A stretch of 54,207 nucleotides of DNA, counting the filler, from Dirinaria sp. TL-2023a (taxonomy: Eukaryota): NCBI GenBank assembly GCA_051941275.1. It is 4 parts of 4 records of this genome, joined end to end, with 100 filler letters (N's around TTAATTAATTAA, not from the genome) between each part and the next. Parts side by side here need not be neighbours in the genome. Positions count along the whole stretch, not along the records: positions 13,583 to 27,063 come from JAVEBF010000683.1; positions 27,164 to 40,639 come from JAVEBF010000684.1; 2 more parts are not named here. The stretch is one strand, 5' to 3'. The position numbers were made by a program, and so were the translations under genes. This document shows, piece by piece, positions 23,513-36,426 of this stretch. The notes under the pieces are model-generated. The model was not told the DNA's origin. It saw only the letters and a program-made list of their open reading frames with translations, and searched no databases. The stretch's first letter is position 1; each line of letters begins with the position of its first letter.

Positions 23513-24199
23513 TTGGACCTTCGAAGAGCTAGAAATGAAGTTTGGTCAATCCAATATTTGTAGAATATCGTTTTTCTTCAACCTAAAACATTTAATCCTT
23601 CACCTTCACCCATTCCTTTACCAATCTCTTTAACAATTGACCTTCTTTCAAACTTGATTGTCAGTTACGGTGGTCCGAATTGCTCTTATCGTGTTTTCAA
23701 CGACTTCTTTTTGCATCTCTGTCGGCAGACCGTGGTTCCCTTTTTCTTCTCGTCATCTTAAACAGTGCCAAGCCTTTGTCCAGTTAGCTTAGTCACTCCC
23801 TTCCATGGAAAAAACGTCAAACACTTGTTACTTCACTACCTTATTACCGCCCATTGCATGTAAACTAACGCCACCTACCTAAAGGTTTGGAATTCACTTT
23901 TCAAGGGGATGCGCATCACCTCCACAACAATGCCGTTGTAATTAGTGGAGCAAACAGAGACATACTATCGGTATGAGTGCCAGGAAACAAGGCCTACGGC
24001 TATCTACGATCTCGCAAAGGATTCAAATCACAAAACAAAATTTCACGTGTAGTTCATTACGCCGTCGACAAATCCATTAAAAATGGTGGTGCTATGAGCA
24101 GCATTGTTTGACCCTGCTTGATGAAAAGGTAAGGTACCTTAGTACCTGTGGCCTACAGGGTGTGGGTACAGCACTGGAAGCGCCTCATTCAAGTACCAC

Positions 24200-25104
24200 C
24201 GCGATCAGGTGCACAAGGCAAACGAAATGGAACTCGGAAGTCTTCAGTCTCCAGCTCACACGGATGATACTCTTTGGGAATCCTTCCACAGCATTGTGCG
24301 CATCCTGTTGTTCCTTCTCCATCTCCTTTCCGCTCATTTCGAAACACCAACCAAATCTATAGCCCCTTCCCTTGCTTGCGCTCCTGCAAACTTTTCATCT
24401 TCTTCCATTTCCTTTTTTTCAAACATTCGGTCGTGGCAGGCACTACTACCGGCATTTGCGTCAAAGCTTCGCTACTTCTTACACACGTACTTGCCTGGCG
24501 CCTACTACTGCAGGGTCTCTCAACTCTTTCGTTACTTGCTGCCCGTAGATGTTTCGATTCTATAATCTCGCTATCTCTCGTGGTGAGGTTCAGCTATCTT
24601 GGCCTCGTCCTTCTCGGCGTTCTCGCTGGACCAACCACCAAACTTTACGCGGATACTCGTCGAATCTTGTACTAGCTTGTGCGATTGCTTTGAAATGTTC
24701 AATGTTCGAGCAGTAGGGCTGGTTTCAAGGGTAGCTTGTCGCCGGTTTTCTGCCCATATATCGGATTCATTTTTCCGACAAGCCGTATCCGACTTTTGTC
24801 GTGGCTGTCGGGACTGCATTGCGAACCTGCTGACCATTCCATCGATAGCCATTTCTTGAAACGCTATTGACGAAAGATTCATCATGTTCGTTCTTGACGT
24901 AAATATTAGGCTCATATCTCTTGATTCGTCCCAGATCCATAACTCAGACTTGGAGCAAGCTTTCTCGTTACAGCTCGTGAAAACAAAGACTTTTAATGAG
25001 TTCGAAAGATGAGAGTCTCGTTGAACGAGCCAATTCGGTCGACAGTCAAGAACACCATGTGGGAGCAGTGTCCGACAACGTGCAAGAATCCGAGACAAGC
25101 GCAA
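24200..25104 (-). pseudogene. Possible decayed coding sequence (unidentified)
   Basis: The 177-aa ORF 24571-25104 continues in the same frame with charged, protein-like sequence (EKKEMEEDEKF) interrupted by several TAG/TAA/TGA codons. Confidence 0.3.
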
Positions 25105-27063
25105 TCCGCTCTACACTAGCTGGCGATCACGTGACCGAAAAGACGTGCGCTTTATATGGCAGTAAAACAAAATCCGATGCCAAGCTAAGAGAAGCATATT
25201 ATCCAGATTCTCCTCCATTACTGAAAACGCCTCTGCACATAATTAGAAAAGAATGGCTTGTTAGTGTCTGCGGCGACGCGTTCAGCTGTTGATGTCTTGC
25301 TCACGCCGAGACATCAGGAGAAGAATCAATCCGGTGTCCTCTCTTTCTCTCCAAGTAATCGAAGGAGATTTAGCTGATGCCGCACTGTGATCTATGTTTG
25401 AATACGCTCACTACCGACATGCACGTACGAAATCTACAATCCCCTCGAATTCTATCTATGCAATTTTGAGAGAGCGTTAGTGTTCTCTCACGAACCGCTT
25501 GATTCCCCATACTCACACCCCCCCTTGGGAATGACCAAGTCCCAAGCCTGCATAGTCCTGGTTGCTGCACTCTCGGAATGTGGCAAGGCGATCCTCTCGT
25601 AATGAATATTGTAAATGCGGTGATCGTAAGAAGAGACTTTTCAACAGCAGAAGGTAATCACTGTCAGAATTAAAACCAAGTGTTGTGGAATTTAAAGTAT
25701 ATATATCGTAATTAGATCAAGTAGATTGGTTACCACGTAGACAGTGGTGGTGTAGCGGTAAAGGTCTGCGAATACTATCGAGTTCGATGGTCTCACACCC
25801 ACTCAATACGGTTGATTCCCCATAACCAAAATTTTTTTTGGCAGGGCGTTCAAATCCTGACGTGTGCAAACTTTTTTTTCTTTTTGATTTTTTTTGATTT
25901 TTTTTTTTTCGGCTCAGAGACAGCAGCCAGGACAATTTAAATTTTTTCTATTTACGATTAAACACAGCAGCGGATCATCGTATCAGCGTGAACGTGATTT
26001 TGAAATCGACAATTCGTTTCTCTTTGGAAAAGCTTCGCTGGGGTTTTATCTGAGTTGATCAAATCATTCCGAAACGGACTGAGAATTTGTGGCCACCGTT
26101 TCTGCGATCTGGATTGGAGCTCGCGACAGATCTTCCATCTTTCAGAAAAGCCTAGTTCCGTCTAGAAGCTGGAAAACTTTTCGATCGGCTCGAAGTCGTA
26201 CGCAAGATCTTTTGAAGGGATTATATCCAGTGCGAGAAAATGGATGGGATCAATGCTTCGCTCTGCTAAGCATGCATTCATGCACTTTTCTCTCAAAGAC
26301 TTCCATCATGGAGGTCGGTAACCCATCTCGACTACCTACAAGAAGCTTCTCAGTCGACCTAGACCCTTCCAATTCCAGCTTCTTGATTGCTAAAACTATT
26401 CACAGGTTTATGATTCTTCCCTTTCTCGTGGACGGTAGGCGATTTTTTAGCGCTCGACCATCGCAACATGCATACTTCTGCGCTTTTGCTAAAATCAACC
26501 AATCGATTTACCTCAAATTCAATCGGCACTCTTAAGATTCTAAACGCCAGAATTCCGAATCACTTACCTCAGATACACCGTATGATCTCCCCTTTTCCTT
26601 CTCATGCTTCTCACAACATCCTGCAAAGTAGAACCAATAATGGAGGAAGCAAGAATCGTCTTCATAGATATCTTCGGATTCGCTCGACCGTTTTTGAGTT
26701 TGGTAAACCCATTATAGCTCATTCTTTTCAAATGAAATTATGAACTTTTAAACTCCGTGCGCTGTCTTGCTTTCTCTGTTATAACAAAAAAAAAAAAAAA
26801 AAAATTCCTTCAGAAAAGAACGAATGTTAAGATCAAATTCTTACGTCTTTGAAGGGCGATTGAAGTGCTCAACAAAATATCAAGGCCAGAAGAAGATTTT
26901 TTTTCTGTCAGATAGTCTTTTCTCTACGGATGTACAATCTAAAAAAAGAAACCGGAGATTCTATTTCGAAGAATCATTTCGAAGAAACCAAGAAAAAACC
27001 AAGGAACTTCACCTCCTCATACCCCTTCCCCTCGTAGTCCCATTACATAAATCTTAACAACCC

Positions 27064-27163
27064 NNNNNNNNNNNNNNNNNNNNNNNNNNNNNNNNNNNNN
27101 NNNNNNNTTAATTAATTAANNNNNNNNNNNNNNNNNNNNNNNNNNNNNNNNNNNNNNNNNNNN
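27064..27163. other. Assembly gap with artificial linker
   Basis: N-run containing TTAATTAATTAA, 100 bp in total. Confidence 0.97.
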
Positions 27164-27400
27164 ATATTATGCTATGCTACCTACCTATGCTTAATCATAA
27201 ATCAAAAATCAAATGCAGACCAAAATACATTGTAAGATACTTGATGTATGTATGTATGTATATAAATAAACGCCAGCGCTAAACACGATTCATGAATTCC
27301 CGTCAGTGTTTGGAGGGAGGGTAAAAAAAACGCCCGCTAAAGCAAAATTAAAATGAAGAATGAAGAAGAAAAAATCTTTGAACGCGTATCCATCCCTCTG

Positions 27401-29479
27401 TCAGGAAGGATCTTTACTGCTTTCGGCGATGCTTTCGGGCGGGGTGACGAATCTCTCCTTCGTCCCAGCGGGATCTTCCATGGCTTCTTTCTCATGGCTT
27501 CGACGCTCATCGTTTGCTTGCTTTACCTTGTCATCCTCGACAAGTTCCTCTTGTGGCGACCCTTGCCTGATCTCGGATTGCACCTTTTCTTTCTCCTCTT
27601 CTTCGCTGCTTTCTTCCTCTTTTCCGTGTCCGCGCGCGTTATGCAAACGCTCCATCGCCTCGTCGGCCTCCCTTGCAAATTTGCACTTCATCCGTATCAC
27701 GGGGCCGTACTTGTAGAACAAGAACGGGAACGGAACGCAAGCAAGAGCCAAGAACGCGGGGATTGAACTCGCCCAGTGGATGCCCAGGTTTCTGTACATA
27801 TAAGTTGTGAAAAGGGGGAAGATGGCACCAAAGAGACTGCGCAGAACGGAGTTGGCGGCCAAGGTGGAGGCTGCGTAGATGGTGTAAGCATCGATGAGGT
27901 AATTCATGATTGAGAGGAAAACGAGGACCATTCCGAATCCGAAGGGCGCCGTAAAGATGATGCACACGATCCAGTGGATGCTGGGGGAATTGGTCCATGC
28001 AAAGATGAACAAGCCGACGGGCAAGCATACGGATCCGATCAAACTTGGAGGGAGTCGTGCTTCTGGTGGCGCACCTCGGGCTCCGTTTGCCTTTGCTACC
28101 GCTTCGGCTCTCATGTATCGCTTGTTGTCCGGAATTGTGTATCCAACAGCCACGAGCATACCGACGGCGACTCCGATAAAGGCTAATCCTCCAACCCCTT
28201 CGGACCAGCCGCGCTCTTGTTGGAAGACAATAGGGAAGGCAGCGAACATCATGTAGAGCGTTCCGTATATGATAGCCATATATATCGATAAAAGTAGAAC
28301 GATAGGTTCACGGAAGAGCAATATCCAGGGTCTCGAGAGAGCTGTCTTTAGGCTTCGCGCCAGAGTAGGCGGAGGCCCGCTGGCAACCTCCGTACCTGAA
28401 CGATAGACCTTTCCCGTCTTCTTTGACAGCTTGGCTGCTCGTTTGCGCAGCAACACCGGCGCATAGGTTTCTGGAATTGTGATTGCGCCGACAATCCATA
28501 GCACTCCTGTGAAAATTGCCATCACCCCTTCGTTCCAACGCCATCCGATATTCTCTCCAATGAAGCCGCCAACTACTGGACCAAGGGCTGGTCCCATGAA
28601 CGGCGCAGCGGCAAAGATGGATGTGGCGAGCCCGCGCTGAGCCGCCGGGAACATGTCCGCGATGACTCCGCCGGCATTTGTGAGAGGTGAAGAACCCCAA
28701 GCACCAGCCCAGAACCGTAGTATGATAAGTGTCTGGATATTCTGGCTACCTGCTGCTCCGGCGTTGAAGGCAGTGAGCACGCCGTACGTGATGAAGAAGA
28801 GAATTTGGCGTCCGTAAAGCTCTGAGAAAGGGGCCCTACAAAGATTTCAGCTTCAGTTTTTTTTTTTTTTTTTTTTTTTTTTTTGTTTTTTTTTTTTTTT
28901 TCTCCCTATAAGTTCGTCGGTTGAGCTGCATTTAAGGGTTTTAGACGGGCCGATCCAGTGCGGGGCACAAAAAGGCGATATTCAGCAGGAAGAAGAATGC
29001 TCACCATATCAGCGGACCAATGGCGAACTAGGACACTGCTGTCAGAAAGATGCTCTTTGTTGAGAGTTCATAGCCTAGCTTACCCCGACAACGAATAACG
29101 AGATTCCCAGGGTTACGACTTCATCGCTGGAATGGAAGTCCTCAAGGATCTCTTTCACGCTTCCTGAATATGCGGAAGAAACGAACGAGACCGCCAAGGT
29201 CGCAAATGCCACGAGAAGCGTGATGGACCATTTTTTGAAATTGGAGAAGTTTAATGGATCGCGAGGGTCATTTGGGAGGAACTCGACCACAAAGGGGTCA
29301 TCGTCCGTGCCTGAGCCAGCATAGTTGTGGTTCAGCACTTTCGGCGTAACAAATGCATGAGAAGCGACGACCTTCAGGAGGCCAGCGCTCTTGGTAGTAT
29401 AGTTGGTTGCGTGGGTCGGGACTTCAGTGAGAGTGTGGGAAGAGCTATCGCTTGTAGCTGTTGAGCTGTGGGTGCTCAT
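27401..29479 (-). CDS. MFS multidrug/H+ antiporter, DHA1 family (TPO/FLU1-like); introns 29028-29083 and 28836-29004
   Basis: [77 protein letters not shown] and YLIDAY..AAS; the second intron holds a ~45-nt poly(T) tract on the + strand. Confidence 0.95.
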
Positions 29480-30975
29480 CGTGAATTTCGCGAGCAGTGG
29501 TCAATGTTGAATGACCAATTGCTCCTATAGAGCGAGAGTAGTGGGGGCGGGGGAGGAGGGGGACATATGAGAGAGACACAGAAACTCCTTGTCAAGAGTT
29601 AGATGTAGCAGTAAGCGTTCGAATGCTAGCAAAGTAGTGAAGTAAAAAGAAGGCGTGGTAGCAGCCAGTACTATATGTGTCGACGGAGTGCCCGTTGTGG
29701 AAAATCTTCCCCATCCGAGGTAGCAGATGAATTAATACATTATTATTACATTAGGTTATTGAGCAGGATGAAAGTAGTGGCGGTTTGGCGGCCACTACTG
29801 CTGTTACTGCTGTGAGTAAGGTAGTAGTGTGTTGCATAAAAGCAATGATAATAATGGCCCATGGCAGCCACTTCCTTCCGCGATCATCGAATTGTTTGAA
29901 AGGAAAAAAGGATGGATTGGGCAATAGTCGCCGACGCGAGCCACCCAGTGCAAGGGATGGGCTGCTTTAGTCGACTGTGGTGCCGGTACCCGTGATGCCG
30001 TTCATGCTTCCTACGAAGGGAGGAGGGGTACGAGTACTGTTTCGTGATGCCGAATACCCGAGATCAAGCGTGAGGTCAAGCAGAAAAGAAAGAAAGGCCA
30101 CCGGAAACAGCCAACGTTATCTCCGTCCCTATTTCCTGTTAGCACATCTCCGGCTAGCCTACTTGCCGATGCACAGAACAATTATTGTGTGTATTATTAC
30201 CTACCATAAACGATTATATAGGATGGCAATTTCGAGGGACCAAGGGTTCTTTGAGGGTTGCAGGTGCACAGCGCAGACCGTTTACTTAGTTGATTGAATT
30301 CAACAGCAACGACGGGAGAGCAAATACCACCAAAGCAGCAAGCATCGCAGGCGAGAGATGGGATATGTAGGTATGTATGGCTTATGAAGAAGACGCAAAG
30401 TCCAGGTGATGTGGGCGGCATCGACGATCCCTCGTGATTTTCCTGCAGCAATCCTGATACGTTGTTGTAAGCTTAATCATCCTTCAAGACTCGACGATTT
30501 CACGATGGTGGATACGCAGCGGTCAATCAGTCGGTCGGGCGTCAAGTGGCAGAGACTGTACCTTTTCTTTGATGTAGACCTGGTAGAAGCATTTGATCTT
30601 GAATACTTCTGGGAGGATACAAATAATTCGTACATATCTACACAACTGTTGCGTCCAATCAAGTCAAAAGTCAGCACTTGGTGTCGCATGTATGGCCATC
30701 CAAAGTTGGCCCTTGCCCCACTTGAAGATTTCATTGGCTAAATCATACCGTCAGTCAATGGACGAGAGCGCTGGCTTATGCTACTTTGCTGGCGATTATG
30801 CATTGCTCCTTCTGTCACCAGATCCAGGGAATCAACCTCTGGAAGGCTGGGGAATCGAGGGTGATTCACGCAAATGATACGAACCTCCATTCGCTCAAGA
30901 ACCCAAAAGAGCTTCCACAGATCGTATCTTGAGCCTGCCGTGTCCAAGTCTATGTTGCCCTAACCCGTCCAGGGC

Positions 30976-33306
30976 TCAGCCTGGTTTTCCATTCAACGGG
31001 AAGCGTCTCGTGCCAGATCTTCCCAATAAACCGCCGGTGAAGGCCGCATCATCGGCCCTAGATGACGCCGGTGGTGCGGCTTGAACGTGCAACTTTCGCC
31101 AGGTCGTAGCTGAGGGAATATCGAGGGGATTCTCGGGGCTGGTGGCCACTTCTACCAGGCCGCCAGCTGGGATATGAGACGGTATGTGGCCACGGCCTTT
31201 CTTCGAGTGCTGCGGCGGCTCCTGGTAAACAGGCGTCAGGTCGACCAGTGGCTTGGGCTTCTGGCGCGTGGACGAGTGGCGCTTCAGACCGTTGGCTGCG
31301 ACAGATTTGCCAGGACTTTGATCTCTGGCGCTGCTGACTGGCAAGGGTGGGGGAGGCTCTGGGTCGCTTAGTTGAGCTTGCTGATGAGCTTGCTGCTGAG
31401 CCTGTTGGCGCTGCGTGTAGGTACGGCCCAGGAGGCTGGCCGGGTCGAAGGGCTCCTTCGCCGGTGCATGCGCTGCTGGGGTCTGGTACATTGTAGGTTT
31501 ACTACGGTGCGTTGTTGGAGCATTGTTGTATGGATCTTTGGTGAGCTTCGTGGGATGCGCAGGACGAGCGTCGTGGGCCACTAGCTGCCTTTTCGGCATC
31601 GTCGATATGTAGGGACCTGACTGTGGTCTACCATTTCTCTCAATCGATGGATGCTGAGGATGCCGCGAAGCCTGCGCTCCGCTGATTGAATTTCGCCTTC
31701 CGCTACTTTTCATGCCTTTTTCATCTCCACCTTTTTGACCCTCTCCCATCACATTGACTAGATACCAGCTCCTCCACTCTTGAACGGCTTTGTACCAAGT
31801 AGTACCTAATTGGCGATCGTTGGTACAAAAGAAATGAACAAAGTTCTTGGTAGTCATAAAAACGCTCGACTTTTGCTGGCTCTTTACCGCAAAGCAGACC
31901 TTTTTAGGCGGTTTGATTTTTTTGGATGCATAACGAGGGGTTGGGATGTAGATGTCAAAATCGGATAGATGGCAGATATTACACGTCTCACTACGATTCT
32001 TCTTCGCTACTACCATCTGTCCATCAGAGCGTAGCGTTACCCAGCGTTTGTCCCAGCTGCCGGGCTTCTGTGAGTAGTACATGTATACCGACGTTTCCCC
32101 TGGCTGGTCCTTGGAAACGTTGAGGGCATCCAGATCGTCGTCCTTGCCGCCTGATGGAGAAGGAATTATGACGAGAATGTTCTGCGCGTCATTGTCCCAC
32201 GAGTTCAAAACGTCTCGGAGATGCTCATACTTGCGTATTGGCCGCTCAAGACCGACTTGCTTAAAGGATTCCAGCACGACTGTTGACTTCTCATCGATCG
32301 GAGCGGATAACTGCCTCCGCGCGGCTCGTATCATGTCTACTGGAGTTGTCGACGGATTAACGGGCAGGAATAGATCGCTTCCCTCATACTTGACCCTTAC
32401 TATACGCTGACCAGCATTCACAGCGGAAATAGGAGCATCAAAGCGAGGAGCTAGCGAGTGCTCCTGAGCCTCGTCTTGACATACGGCATCGTTGTGGGGC
32501 TGAGGAACCGGCACACAGGGGATCGGTGTTGCTTCTTGTTCCTCTGGAGATATGGGCGCAGATATCATCTTCTTCAACTCCTCCCTACTACTGCCTTGTT
32601 TGAAAGCTTGAGGTCGAGGAGCCTGGACTGCTAAAGGTTGTGAAGAACTTCCGAGCGGTGAACTGACAGTATCACCCTTGACCGCAGGTTGAGAGGCAGA
32701 GGAAGCTGCTTTACCGGAGCTCGTGCCTGGAGCATTGCCTGGGCGAGCGCTCCTCGCCTCCTCCCTGATTCCCTTGAGAGTCGTTATGTCCCCCCCGATT
32801 CCCATCGCTAGCTCCGTGCCGGCACTTTCTTGCTCTCCAGGAGCATCTGCGGGCCTGACTTTCCTCATGATCCTTCCCTCTTGTTCCTTTACTAGACGCA
32901 TCTTGCGTTCAAAAGCATCTGTGGGCGTAGCCATTGTCGCATGCGGAAGCTCATCGCGTTGCTCTCCACACACCGTATCTTTTGATTGAGGCATATCCGC
33001 AAGCCCTGACCTATGATTGCGATGGGGCTTCTGTGTAGCGTATCGTCCCGCATCGCCTTGTCCTTGGACTCCGTCCTCAGTAGGTTTTGCAGGGTCTTGC
33101 CATTGGCGAAGGCTCGGGACCTTGGGTGGAGGGGAGCGTTCAGAAGGCCTTCCGTTGCGGCGGGGACCTTTATATCTAGACATACTCCTTGCTATGGTTG
33201 TGCTGGTGGAGGCCGAAACAGCAGCCGCGTCGACGCTCTCAATTTCCATTGATCTGGCGCCCAACTCTTCCGCTCTGGGAGACCCTGACGCTTGAAAGGT
33301 CTCCAT
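30976..33306 (-). CDS. PH-domain protein with preceding ubiquitin-like/RA-like segment and disordered flanks
   Basis: Single 776-aa ORF. RA-like segment VRVKY..LPVNPSTTPVDMI..VLESF..GLERPIRKYEHLRDVLNSW. PH segment YYSQKPGSWDKRWVTLR..CFAVKS..HFFCTND..WYKAV. Confidence 0.8.
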   Translation of the reverse strand: METFQASGSPRAEELGARSMEIESVDAAAVSASTSTTIARSMSRYKGPRRNGRPSERSPPPKVPSLRQWQDPAKPTEDGVQGQGDAGRYATQKPHRNHRSGLADMPQSKDTVCGEQRDELPHATMATPTDAFERKMRLVKEQEGRIMRKVRPADAPGEQESAGTELAMGIGGDITTLKGIREEARSARPGNAPGTSSGKAASSASQPAVKGDTVSSPLGSSSQPLAVQAPRPQAFKQGSSREELKKMISAPISPEEQEATPIPCVPVPQPHNDAVCQDEAQEHSLAPRFDAPISAVNAGQRIVRVKYEGSDLFLPVNPSTTPVDMIRAARRQLSAPIDEKSTVVLESFKQVGLERPIRKYEHLRDVLNSWDNDAQNILVIIPSPSGGKDDDLDALNVSKDQPGETSVYMYYSQKPGSWDKRWVTLRSDGQMVVAKKNRSETCNICHLSDFDIYIPTPRYASKKIKPPKKVCFAVKSQQKSSVFMTTKNFVHFFCTNDRQLGTTWYKAVQEWRSWYLVNVMGEGQKGGDEKGMKSSGRRNSISGAQASRHPQHPSIERNGRPQSGPYISTMPKRQLVAHDARPAHPTKLTKDPYNNAPTTHRSKPTMYQTPAAHAPAKEPFDPASLLGRTYTQRQQAQQQAHQQAQLSDPEPPPPLPVSSARDQSPGKSVAANGLKRHSSTRQKPKPLVDLTPVYQEPPQHSKKGRGHIPSHIPAGGLVEVATSPENPLDIPSATTWRKLHVQAAPPASSRADDAAFTGGLLGRSGTRRFPLNGKPG

Positions 33307-34266
33307 ATTGATGCTATGTTTACGAAGGGGTTGGCGCTCGTGTGAGGCATCTATTGAGTGCCTTGCAAGATTTTTGATTCAAAGGTTTGTGCGCATTTGC
33401 CAGGACTTGGTTTTACCGCGCAGCGCACGCGACCACCATAGTAGGGCTGAATTGACAGGGCTAGGGCAATTTCACCTTCCTGACTACCAGGGCAGGCTCT
33501 TGGCTCTCTGCTGATTTACCAAGATGTCAACAAACATGTAGTTACTTTAAGTAATTCATAGATATCTCCAACCTATCCCAAAAATTGGGGTCAACCTTAT
33601 TTAATGGATCTGTAGTTAAGAGCGTCGATGCAGAGTAGTAGATCAAGGCAAGATAAAAATCCTTAAATTGGCCTAAGCTGTTGCAACTATTTACGCTACC
33701 TGATGGAAAAGGACACTCGCTGAAATGCACTCGCGTTCCTGTCTCACCGTGGACTCTTCGCTTTGACTATGCCGTTTTGACCAGTCCGACTATGCCTGAT
33801 TTATTGCCAGAAATGAGCTGGAGGCATGGATGAGATCGTATGGGCTCCTAGTAAGGATCGCGTTGTAGAATGCCGCTGAAATAGGGGTATAAATAAAGCC
33901 CTAGAAAGTTCATGCACGATTGTGGCGATGAGTAGCGAAGCCAAAGGGATGAGTCGTGGAGAATCGAAGGAAACGAAGAAAAAGGCCCTCCACCTGTCGA
34001 AAAACCGTACCGCTTTTGGATAGCCCCACCGACACCGCCATGGCTGTCCATCCCGCTATGCTGATAAATGTAGGAGATCTATTGCCCGCGTCATTATCCT
34101 GAACACGCCCGCTCCCGCATGTAGGAAATGCTTCATCCGGCCAACACCACCGCTGAAGAGCAAAACAGTGCGCTCCCACCACAGTAAAAATTTTCGCAGT
34201 CTAATACGTCCCTTAGCTAATCGGCAATTGGCAGGACCTCAGGAAATATGTGGGATCCAAAATCGG

Positions 34267-36426
34267 TCAGGTTGGTGACTTGGTGTTATTCGCGCCATTA
34301 CGTCGGGGATCGTCGTTCATTGAAAGGCTACCAAGACCGCTCGAAAGGAAGGCGAAGGGATCCGACGAGCCACCATCCATGCCGCTGTAGGGGCCGCCGT
34401 AGTTGGATCCATTGGGCGCATTTGATGTCGGCGGTCCGTTACTGGCGGAGGAGAAGGCAGCCTCTGCTGCACGGCTATCAAATGGTCCTCCGGACTGGCC
34501 GCCCACAGACTGACTATATCCAAGCGGCATCCCGCCAGACTGGCCTCCGCTTCCTTGACCGTAATTTGACATAGGAGGATAGCCGCCGGTCGGTGCACCC
34601 AAGCCGGAAGGCAGTGCATAAGTACTTGGTGGGCCACCAAACGCTTGCGCACCATAGCCGCTAGCACCGAATCCGCCAGCAGCAGCAGCAGCAAAAGGTC
34701 CAGGACCGGGAGTACCGGCCATGGAGGGAGGACCCATTCCGTAACTCGATGGCGGATCGAGAGGCGAGGGGAATGCGGAGTCGGCCACTACAGCAGCCCC
34801 AGCTCGACTAGCACCACAGCGGAGACAGCTCACATTCTTGGCGAAATTGTGGTAACCGCAGCCTTCAGAACCACATTTCCAATCTCCAGCTCGAAAAGGA
34901 ACCATACCGCCACCACCTCCCATGCCACGTCCATGGCCCATACCATGTCCGCCGTGATGGCCCATATGGTGGTGAGGAGCCATCATGTGGGGAGCACCGT
35001 AACCATAGCCAGAGTACCCCATCGGATCACCGCCCGCTCCATGAGCAGGGAATGAGCAACGGAAGCAGGCCGTACGACGCTGAAAGTTCGAAAAGCCGCA
35101 CGAAGGACAAGTCCAATCACCGGGTCTAGGTCGGTTTTTGCTAGGAGGGAACGGCTGCAGTATTTCTGCAGCGCGGTCAAGCACACGACTTGACGATGGG
35201 GAAATCTCTACAGCCTTCTCATTGAGAGCGCGGCCGTTCATGGCGAGGCTCTCCATAGCCTGCACAAGAATTAGCAATTGATCAGCCTAAATAAATAAAA
35301 GCGAAGCAGCTGATAGTGGCCATTGCAGTTCTTTGTTGTTGCAAACTATGCAGATACCCCCTCAGCTGAAAAGTGCAGGCACTAACCTCTTCATGAGACG
35401 AAAAAACGGCAAACCCAGACCCAGTGGGCTTGTGTTGGTCAGGCGTACGTAAAGTCCAGAAGGCAATCGGACGACCTCCGAACTGCGTAAACCAGCTCTC
35501 AAGTTCGGACTGAGTTGTATCGTGCGGAAGCCCCGACATATGGAGTACCTTGCTCCGCTCTTTGAGGAACGCGGTGACATCCGCATAAGCATCCATCGGA
35601 CGAGTAAGAATGTCCGGGTGATCCTGGGGAGGCTGCGATTTACGTATCAGAGAGCGCAACACCCTTGCCAATGTAATTGCTTCTTCCATGGCGCGTCTAG
35701 GTGAGGCTGGAGCAAGCGCTTGCAGATGGAAAGGGAGATTGTGCTTTATAGGCGCTGATGATTGCACTGGTTCTACCTCAAGAGCGGCGCAGATATTAGC
35801 TAGAGAGCTTGGCCCATATGGTAAAGCTTCAGGATGCAGCTGTTGCCAGCGAGCGTACTCTTGACGCAAATCAAAGGTACGTGTATGTTGTAGATATGGA
35901 GGTAGAACCGTTGCTTTGTCGCGAGCCTCCCGGGGCAGCTGCACCCGCAGGTCCCATGCATCGAGAGTGACAAAGGCGAATTGCAGGCTGTTTGGGGTAA
36001 CATGTTCATGAACGAAGGCATCGAAGCGGGTAATGGCATCCTTGAAAGTGCCTGCGCCACGAAGATGTTCCCAAGTCAAGGTCGTCAGGCTCGCTGAGGA
36101 AGGGGTTAGCGACTGACGAGCACTGATAGAGAACAGCCTGGCAAACTCACTGCACAGAGGGGTTATGGGAGTGTTTGATGGCTTGACAAGAACACTCTCA
36201 CGATGAAGCTAGAGTGGCAGAAAGTGAGCACGGATTCACCTGTGGATCGCTGCAGCGCTTCATCACTCACCTCCTCTGCGCTCTTGGCGTCCAGCAATAT
36301 CCAGCCGAGTTCGATGACTTCGGCAGAGTCCTTTGTGACAAAAACTCCGTGCTCATCACATGTCGTGGCCACGTGAATGACGATATAACGGTCCAGATTG
36401 GGCTTTTGACCCTGATTGCTTGCCAT
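34267..36426 (-). CDS. NRP1: RNA-binding protein with exonuclease-like fold, RRM and two RanBP2-type zinc fingers (Nrp1/Dri1 family); 4 exons
   Basis: RRM SKVLHMSGLP..GSGFAVFSSHEE|A; zinc fingers RPGDWTCPSCGFSNFQRRTACFRC and RAGDWKCGSEGCGYHNFAKNVSCLRC; Gly-rich tail. Confidence 0.9.

Noticed and set aside
26089..26743. + strand ORFs of 148 and 91 aa as a transposase
   Set aside because: No DDE, RT or HTH motif recognised; composition suggests antisense or non-coding frames.
30406..30930. Short + strand ORFs between the MFS and PH genes
   Set aside because: No motif and no convincing splice model; not enough support to call a gene.
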